Positions 55,262 to 64,000 of a DNA stretch of 64,000 nucleotides are shown in pieces. The stretch's first letter is position 1, and every line of letters begins with the position of its first letter. This DNA comes from Octopus vulgaris. Taxonomy: Eukaryota. Location: the NCBI GenBank assembly GCA_951406725.2, contig OX597822.1, positions 72,602,001 to 72,666,000 of the forward strand, in the 5' to 3' direction. Position numbers and translations under genes: made by a program. The notes under the pieces are model-generated. The model searched no databases, was not told the origin of the DNA, and saw nothing but the letters and a program-made list of their open reading frames with translations.

Positions 55262-55760
55262 TTCAATGTTTATACTGATCGGCAAATACAGGGTAACTGA
55301 CCACATAGAGTGAAGAATCATGTTCAAGAGACGTGCTGAAGTGCCAGCTGACAAAACCATATCTCTGGAAACGTTTTTGATAAACCGAGTAAATATAAGG
55401 GCTTCGAAAATGAAGTCAGAAAAATGTGACATTTCAAAGCAACAGCAATGCCTAGTGTTATTAGGTCACTTGGAATGATGTCAAAATAATATCAAAATGT
55501 ATTTACCAAGTTCCTGGCATCTCCAAAATAAGTAAATTGCAAACGATTATATTTATGGCTATCTCTCATATTTAACGTAAATTCCATTCTATGTTTATGC
55601 AATTTAATTCATTCAGGGTTTCATTTATTCATTTACAAAGGCATCAGTCTTTTTTAACGATTCCACGGCAGCTCAATTGTTAGAATCTATGGATACAAAA
55701 TCTTAATGTCCCTTGACGTCGCTGGTTGAGACTTGGATGTAAGTTGTATATATTAAAGCA
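55262..55760 (+). mobile_element. Degenerate R4/Dong-like RLE retrotransposon 3' fragment
   Basis: SKYKGFENEVRKM*HFKATAMPSVIRSLGM resembles the RLE C-terminus; next to a (TAA)n tract, the known Dong-type target. Confidence 0.55.
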
Positions 55761-55774
55761 AAGCTAAAACATAA

Positions 55775-55990
55775 TATTACTTTCTAATTTGGGCACAATG
55801 CCAGCAATTCTAAAGAGAAGAGGAAGTCGATTACGTCGACACAAATACGAAGCAGGTACTTTGTTATATCGACTCCGAAAACATGAAAAGCAAAATTGAC
55901 GTTCGCTGGAATTTGAACTCGGAATGTAATGAGTCAGATGAAATGCCACTAAATATTTTGTGCGGCACCGTAACGAATCTGGCAGATCGC
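55775..55990 (-). mobile_element. SINE family 3, degenerate
   Basis: Similar to 56988-57200. Confidence 0.6.
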
Positions 55991-56499
55991 CACCTTATAA
56001 ACAGTATTAATATTCATAGCAAATACAGACTAAATGAAATATTTAAGAAGAAGTACCGTTCACCACGCCTTACTTTCGAGGTTTTAACATACGTATTGAA
56101 ACAAACTACGACTCAAATGGAAATGATATACGAGGCCAATTAATTATCTTTGTATAGTGATGGCCTCCAATTTACACTTACAAGGATGAAAGAGAAAGGC
56201 ATTGTTACACTTGTGCAATGATCTAATTGATGAGACTTTTGGAATAGAAAAATGTGCTTAGAACACCTTGAAAGGTAAGACAATTAATTAAAAATCTCTG
56301 TCATCTGAAATAAAGAAGCAAACCTTAGAAAGAGAATTTGGCCGACCACAGACTTAGAAATACTTAAGTATTTATGAAGTAGACAGAATAGAACGCAAAC
56401 AAAATGAAGGGAAAGATTGTGTATATTGTAAACGCATTGGATTAATATTTCACACAGTGTTGAATGCACAACAATCATTGTAAAAGACTGTAACAGTAT

Positions 56500-56980
56500 C
56501 ACAACATCACATCATCAACCGGACCATCCAATGTTGTTATACACCGCTCGTTGCAATACACTTCCGATTTTGTATTAATTGCGCCATTCTTTTGCATCTT
56601 AACCAAAATTGCTTAACTCGATCGTCTCTCCATCGTCGTATAGACCTTCTAAGTGGACTTTTACGATCCCTTTGTGATATCACTCGGTGACGTCATGGTA
56701 TCCATGTGTTGTCTGTGAATCTTACGACCCAGCGTCCGGCCCAGCGGAACTTGTGCATTCGGTGTTTTCAGATCACTGTAATTCGCCCTCGTATTATCTC
56801 ATTTCGAATATACTCTCGTAATGGTATTACTCGCACGGATCTTTCCATAGCCCTTTGTATCGCAGCCAATCGATGCTCTACCCTCTTCGTAGAAGCCTAT
56901 GTCTCAATTGTATATAAGAACGCAGGTAGAACTGTGCCAATAATCTCAGGTATCCTCAGACCTGCCGGGGTAACGGTATA
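56500..56980 (-). mobile_element. Degenerate RTE-clade LINE 3' fragment
   Basis: Minus-strand KFRWAGR..RFTDNTW..RRWRDD resembles the RTE ORF2 C-terminus. Confidence 0.65.
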
Positions 56981-56987
56981 GGTTTAA

Positions 56988-57200
56988 AATAATCCTTTCT
57001 ATTAAAGGCACAAGGCCTGAAACTTTGGGAGAGAAGACTAGTCGATTACCTCAATCCTAGTGCTCAGCTGGTACTTATTTTTATCGACTCCGAAAAGATG
57101 AAAGGCAAAATCTCACCTCAGCGGAATTTGAACTCACAGTGTAGCGACGGGTGAAATACCGCTGAGTATTTCGTCCAGCGTGTTAACGATTCTGCCAAGC
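56988..57200 (-). mobile_element. tRNA-derived SINE family 3
   Basis: Reverse complement tggcagaatcgtta (A box)..gagttcaaattcc (B box)..aaggattatt tail. Confidence 0.75.
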
Positions 57201-57319
57201 TAAAATAATGTGAACAGAATTCATACATGCTTACCAACAAACATTTAACTCCGTTGCTTCTAGTTCACTTATTTGAAATTATTTGTAGGTGAATTAGAAA
57301 GGTGTCTAGTGCATAATAA

Positions 57320-57530
57320 TTCTAATAAAGAATTTTTCTATTATATGCACAGGGCCGAACATTTTGGGAGAGTGGGGTTAATTGATTACAGAGACCCAGT
57401 AGTCAAACTGGAACTTTTTTTATTAGCTCGGAAACGACAAAAGGCACAGTCTATCTCGGCTGGATTTGAGCTCAGAACGAAATACCGTTTAAAAGTTTGG
57501 CCGGTGTAGTAAGGTTTCTGCCTTCTTGCC
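57320..57530 (-). mobile_element. SINE family 3, degenerate
   Basis: Patchy similarity. Confidence 0.55.
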
Positions 57531-57569
57531 ACCTTCTGTTTAGCAACTAGGATAAAGATCCACTTCGAG

Positions 57570-57800
57570 TCATATACACCCATAAGGTCGGTTTCGTGGT
57601 TTGTATGAAGCATATGCTCCACCATGGGCGGGACGCCGGTCCGTCGTATGATTACTCAATATTGTTAGCTGAGTGTACTGGAGCGACGTGAAACGAAGTG
57701 TTTTGCTCATGAACATAACGCGTCGCCCAGTCCAGGAATCAAAACCATGATCTTACCATAATCAATCCAACTTCCTAACCATTAAGAAACGTGCCTTCAC
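57570..57800 (-). mobile_element. tRNA-derived SINE related to 39140-39421
   Basis: Similar head and gaaaccg..cttatg tail. Confidence 0.55.
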
Positions 57801-58639
57801 ATTTAGACACTAATAACAGAAAACAAGTAAACAAAATGTGAAAAGAAATTTTCATGTCTTTAAGTAAGCCTCAAACTGCAACAAAGAAGAAACAGAGAAA
57901 TTGAGAGGGGAGGGGGAGTGAAAGAGAGAGAGGGGGAGGGAGGGGGAGTGAAGGAGAAAGAGAGAGAGAAATCAGAGAAGAGTGAGCCTTTAGGTTTATA
58001 GAAGAGTATGATGTTTTCGCATCATTTGACTTTTTTTTTTTTGCTGCGGAAGGTTTTTAAATTACTGTTATCTACATAATGCATGTCACAGGTATTCTGA
58101 ATTATGAAGGGTTCTATGTAAATAAGTGTTATCTACATTATACATGATTTAGGCTTTCTGAATCATGTTGCATTCTATGGAAATATACATTAACTTAATT
58201 CCTGGACGGCCAATGTGTTATATACCAGACAAATGGCTCTTAATGCTATATGCTGATAAGCTAGCTATTCCTATACTTATTGTCACATAGATTCGAAAAT
58301 TCTTTTATAGTGTAAGAATAGTCTTATGTATCTGATGCGGAACAAATATCACGAAACAGATTTGCAAGATGATTCGCCGCTGGTTTCTCTTTATGTTTAG
58401 AGTAAAAGGAGAAAAGGCTAAAATTTGCCTGTTTATAATTATATCATATGTTACATACATAATATACATTGGTATGATATGAAAACCTATAAATTCAATC
58501 AACCAAATAAAAACAAATTCGAATTCAGCCAACGACTCCCAAGCGGTGCGCTAGATTTTATTATTTAAGAATTAGGGATGATTGAACTGAGTGTTAGGTT
58601 TTCTACAATTCTTGGATCTATGGTTATTTTGCCATATTG

Positions 58640-59070
58640 TGCATATCAAGACGGTGAATGAAAATATCGTTAGCAAATTCTTCTGGTTGTTTACGCTTTC
58701 AGTTCCAATTTCGCCGAGATCGACATTGCATTTCACCTTGTCGCGTTCGATAAAAAAAAATAGTACAAGTGCCAGCGTCAATTTAATTGACTTCCATCTT
58801 CCTTAAAATGGCTTAGTCGTGTAACAAAATTAGAAAGAGTTATTATAGTTCATAAAGACAGTGAACTAGCAGAAACCTTAATACGTCGGACAACTGTTTA
58901 GCGACACATCTTCTGGATCTTTGATTCAAATCTCGCCGATGACTTCTTTACCTTAAATCTTTCCAGTCTCAATTGACTAAAGCACCAGTCAAGAATGGAG
59001 GTCCATGTAACTAACTGACCTCGTCGTCCAAAGTTTAGGACTTATTCCTATATGAGTAAAAACTACCATT
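58640..59070 (+). mobile_element. Two tandem degenerate SINE family 3 copies
   Basis: gttccaatttcgccgag.. and gattcaaatctcgccga.. B-box regions. Confidence 0.5.
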
Positions 59071-60206
59071 GTTCGTACATTTATTTGCTTGTACCGTTAA
59101 GACGATTGTTTTAAGACGAGGTTATTTTCATCGTTTTGAAGTTAAATTGTGTCATCATACCCGACCATATTGCATAATTCCGACCCCCAACCCCAAAGAT
59201 CTCAAAAAGTTAATCGCTATTCTGTGAAATTAAAGCCTTGTCTCTCCTACCACTTGCAGAAATAACACTACACCCACGTAATCACACACAGCTGTTTCCT
59301 TAATTGTCTTTTTGAAGATCTCCATGAATTCAAAGTACGAGATGAAGTTAAAAAAATAAACCGAAAGGCAAAATTCTAACGATTTACTAAACATAACAAA
59401 ACACTAAAACCGAATAATTTTATTTCGAGGTCTTTGAAGAAAATATATATTTATTCCTTTGAAGAAGATCGGAGATATTTCATTCACTTTCAAACTATGC
59501 TTAAATGCTGAATTATAATTAATAGGACGAAAAAATTTTTGATGTATTTTTACTGTGAATTTTCATGTGATGGTATAAGCGCGCGTGTGCGTGTGTATGA
59601 GTGTATGCGTGCGTTAATGTTATAAGTGTGTGCACACTTGTTTATTCACTAAATCTTTAACATTTCCTTGAACTCTTTATTGCTTGCACAAATTTTGCAT
59701 ATTCTCCCGACTCCTTGTTCTCGAGCCTCGCAATTGAACACAGCTCACCAATAATAATGATATATTCAAACGAAATACTTTCTGTTCTGGCGTAGTTACG
59801 TATATTTATGTATGCTGAGAGCGAGGATATGCAAGTGTATGATAAAATTGGCATTTTGATGTCTCTGAATACAAATTTCATATGAATAAGTTTGATCTTC
59901 GATCTGATTAACCAGGATTCATCTGAGTTTTCACACCATCAACAGCAGTAATAAAAATTTTCCTCTCTATCGCAGACACGTACACACGCATACATAAATG
60001 TGTATATACATATATAGATACATACACACACATATATAAGTGTGTATGTGTGTGGCAAGTGAAAGACGGAAGATGAAATATACGAGAATGTATTATTAAT
60101 CATCACAATTGTTTCGTCACAGCTATCATCGACTCCTCGAGGCTGGGACAATTAACAACTGGTTCTCAGGGGCCTCCGGTGTGTCTCGTTGGGTGATATA
60201 TATATA

Positions 60207-60269
<63 letters not shown>

Positions 60270-60808
60270 AGTAGTAACTATGGAGGATTGGTGGGATTAT
60301 TATTTGTATGGACTTCAAGCCTTACCATATTATTTAGTTATTGCAGTTTAATATTAATACCGATGCAATTGTTTTATATGTTTCTTTGTTGTAGTTTTAT
60401 TAATGTTCGTATTTAATCCTGGCTATAAACTGATTGAATGAATGTGGTTATCAAGCTTTCAATTTTATATTATACTATGCAAGACAGTAGGGATTATAAT
60501 CTTTGTATGACTTAATGGATTGGTCGCTGTTTAGTTACGTATTTAGGAGTTGGTTGTAATTTTCTTATTGAATTTATTTACCGATAAGGTTGTACACAAG
60601 GTAAATGTGTTTGAAAGTTGTGGCTTCTTTGGTATATTGATCCTAAACAACACTTATTTTAGGTGGTGACACCACCAGATTAAATGGGACTGCCCAGGTG
60701 TTGAAACCATAATGATATTTGTGGGGCAGCTGATGGTGGTGGAATGTTGGATTGTTAGTATTGTTATGGTTGTATACGTGGAATAGTATTATAACACATC
60801 CTTTTGAC

Positions 60809-60858
<50 letters not shown>

Positions 60859-60859
<1 letters not shown>

Positions 60860-61258
60860 CTAGCAGCTAAGCCCGGTTTCATCCGGTCGATTTGGATGAT
60901 GTGTCTGTAAAACCTCCTCTGTGAAAGCATTCGACTTGTTTGGGCACCCTTACGTTAAAAAGCAATTTTAGATTGACTTTTTCTGTTGAAATGCTAAAAA
61001 TAACTGACTAACAAAAAAAGAAACAACCAAGATTCAACCAAATTAAAAATAAACCCAAATACTAAGCAAACAAAGATGAACCATCCCACGTCCATTGCAC
61101 ACGCAAATACACAAACCAACACACACACATTCACGTACAAACACATATTCCCACAGAGTTGAAACGCTGTTTGATTTATTTTTCAGCGCACAATTTTAAT
61201 CATCCCACTAACAAGTATGACGTCACATTTTCGAGAAGACATAGGTTGGATTTATATA
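60859..61258 (-). mobile_element. Non-autonomous Helitron-like element
   Basis: Minus-strand 3' end has a ccgg-atgaaa-ccgg hairpin ~10 nt before CTAG (60860-60863); the 5' end emerges from (TA)n. Confidence 0.6.
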
Positions 61259-61690
61259 TATATATATATATATATAAAGCCAACCTGTGTATTCTCGAAA
61301 CGGCCATCAGACTTTTCACCTGCTGAAGATACCTTTTTTAAAATCATCTTATACCAACTTCCTCATCAATTTGGATTACCGCTATACATTTTCACCATCC
61401 GCATATTTTAATTATCCTCATTGATTTTAATACGGACGTACAACGTCGCAAGTACATTTATGTATGTTTATATATCTATATATACATAAATTTTCATATT
61501 ATATCTTGTGTATATATGAATGCACCGATGTATGCTGTAGAGTATTCCGACGTTTTGAAATATATTGAGTGGATATCAACACTGACCTTTGAAATTTGTT
61601 CTCTCTTTCATGGTTTGATATGCCTGAGGCTCTATTAGAGTCGTAATTAGTTGTGCTGTATAAGTGGCAGATTATCCCATTTATTTCTTC

Positions 61691-61757
<67 letters not shown>

Positions 61758-61843
61758 TTAGAGATAAAACCACTATTAGGCAAATCAAACAATGAAAAAC
61801 ATAAACCAAAACATGAAAATAAAATTAATTAATATTTACTCCC

Positions 61844-61925
<82 letters not shown>

Positions 61926-61926
<1 letters not shown>

Positions 61927-62337
61927 CTCTTTACTCTTTTACTTGTTTCAGTCATTTGACTGCGGCCATGCCGGAGCACCGCCTTTAGTCGAGCAAATCG
62001 AACCCGGAACTTATTCATTGCAAGCCCAGTACTTATTCTATCGGTCTCTTTTGCCGAACCGCTAATTGACGGGGACGTAAACACACCAGCATCGGTTGAC
62101 AAGCAATGCTAGGGGGACAAACACACACAAACACACACACATACACACCTATGCATATATATACATATATACGACAGGCTTCTTTCAGTTTCCGTCTACC
62201 AAATCCACTCACAAGGCATTGGTCGGCCCGGGGTTATAGCAGAAGACACTTGCCCAAGATGCCACGCAGTGGGACTGAACCCGGTATCCATGTGGTTGGT
62301 TAGCAAGCTACTTACCACACAGCTACTCCTGCGCCTA
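61926..62337 (-). mobile_element. SINE family 1, full length
   Basis: Colinear. Confidence 0.85.
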
Positions 62338-62366
62338 TATATATATATTAGCATGTATATATATTA

Positions 62367-62412
<46 letters not shown>

Positions 62413-62821
62413 TAATATAATGAACACATAATTGGGATAATTATCCCCCTATACAGTACAACCATATATATATATTGTTTCACTCTGAGGAGTGTTCTGC
62501 AGCTTCTTACTGAAGCACATACATATGTACTGTATTTATAGTGATGAAGCATTTGTTCTGGGTGTTATCTCCATTGCTACATCAAATCAATATTACTAAT
62601 GCAAGTGCACAACGTATCACACGACAATTTACAAAGTAATCGCAGCAACAAATGAAGCGTTTTGCTTAATGACACGACACACCGGAGTATGAATCAAAAA
62701 CCACGATCGTGTCAAGCCTGAGTGAAACACCGTGACCACTATAATATAGAATATATATATATGCAAAGCTACAATACACACAAACGCGCAAATACATAAG
62801 CCTGCACACGCACGCGCGCAC

Positions 62822-63026
62822 TTATTTCAGTCATTTGATTGCGGCCATGCTAGAGTACCGCCTTTAGTAGAACAAATTGCCCCCAGGACTTATTCTTAGT
62901 AAGCCTAGTACGTTTTCTATCGGTTACCTTTGCCGAACCGCTAGATTACGGGGACTTTAACTCACCAGCATCGGTTGTCACGCAATGATGGGGTGACGAA
63001 CAGACACACACGAACACACATATATA

Positions 63027-63062
<36 letters not shown>

Positions 63063-63065
63063 TAA

Positions 63066-63098
<33 letters not shown>

Positions 63099-63262
63099 TG
63101 ACGGGCTTCTTTCAGTTTCCGTCTACCTAATCCACTCACGAGGCTTTTGTAAGCCCGAGGCTATTGTAGAAGATACTTGCCCAAGGTGCCATGCAGTGGG
63201 ATTGAATCCAGAACCATGTGGTTGGTAAGCAATGTACTTACTACACAGCCACTCTTGCGCCT
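62822..63262 (-). mobile_element. SINE family 1, full length
   Basis: Colinear. Confidence 0.8.
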
Positions 63263-63367
63263 AAAACATATATATAGGTCTCGTTCTTTGTCTTTCACTT
63301 TCGATTACACATGCACACACATACACACACACCCGGAGGCATACATTCATACATACATACATGTATG

Positions 63368-63420
<53 letters not shown>

Positions 63421-63905
63421 ACATACATACATATATATGTCCTTGGTAGGGTATAAACGTAGAGTATTTTCAGAGAAGCACTCAACCCCACCTGTGGGCA
63501 ATCTACACGGTCGGGTTCCAGACTAATGCCAAAATATTTCAAGTAAACAAATTCCTGGTTTCACAACGGCAAAACCGTCATAAGAGAAAACCATAATGAG
63601 TGTATAAAGTCATTAGTGACAGAGAAATAGTTTAATGAAATTTTATTTAGCAATATGAAAATGCAAATATCCCGACAAAATTTCAAAATAATTCTTTCAC
63701 CTGAGGACGTAAATTCTGCATTATTCTGAAAGAACTTTTGTATTTTGCGGTAATGCGGACTCGTAAGTAATTTGTTTATTATTAAATATAATAATATAAA
63801 TTATTTACATGTTTTTAAGTTACGAAACAACTTGTGATATTTGAATTTTCTCATTGTTAAATGAAATTTCATAAAACTATTTGATATATGCACGCGCGCG
63901 CGTGT

Positions 63906-64000
63906 GTCACGTGATTAGGTGACAGACCAGGCTATCAGATGTTGTTAAACATCGCTGGTTACAATACGCTTCGCAGTGTTTCAGCCTTCAAATGATACCA
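63906..64000 (-). mobile_element. SINE family 2 3' tail (runs off the window)
   Basis: Reverse complement matches 30035-30128. Confidence 0.75.

Noticed and set aside
62481-62530. CTGAGGA motifs here and at ~63701
   Set aside because: No intact GAAA-stem III-NUH arrangement found.

Overview
AT-rich, microsatellite-dense eukaryotic DNA with no intact host gene; the SINE families and (TA)n/(CA)n load suggest an octopus/cephalopod intron or intergenic region (inference). The window is mostly mobile DNA. It holds a near-intact Penelope-like retroelement (RT + GIY-YIG) in a head-to-head fold-back (13.1-18.4 kb), short terminally redundant or fold-back non-autonomous elements in (TA)n tracts, an internally deleted HERO/R2-like RLE element, LINE remnants (CR1/L2, RTE, R4/Dong-like), a deleted mariner, a Helitron-like element and many tRNA-derived SINEs. 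Main result: besides ordinary minimal type-I hammerhead ribozymes (HHRs), three elements with different sequences (1549-1687, 20311-20456, 26504-26615) carry all hammerhead catalytic nucleotides in a strand order (NUH, then GAAA, then CUGANGA) that is not a circular permutation of types I/II/III. All three share the same six helices with different sequences. This is a candidate pseudoknotted, non-circularly permuted hammerhead class; structures were folded by eye, and activity and novelty are untested. Most ORFs in the supplied track are microsatellite artefacts.
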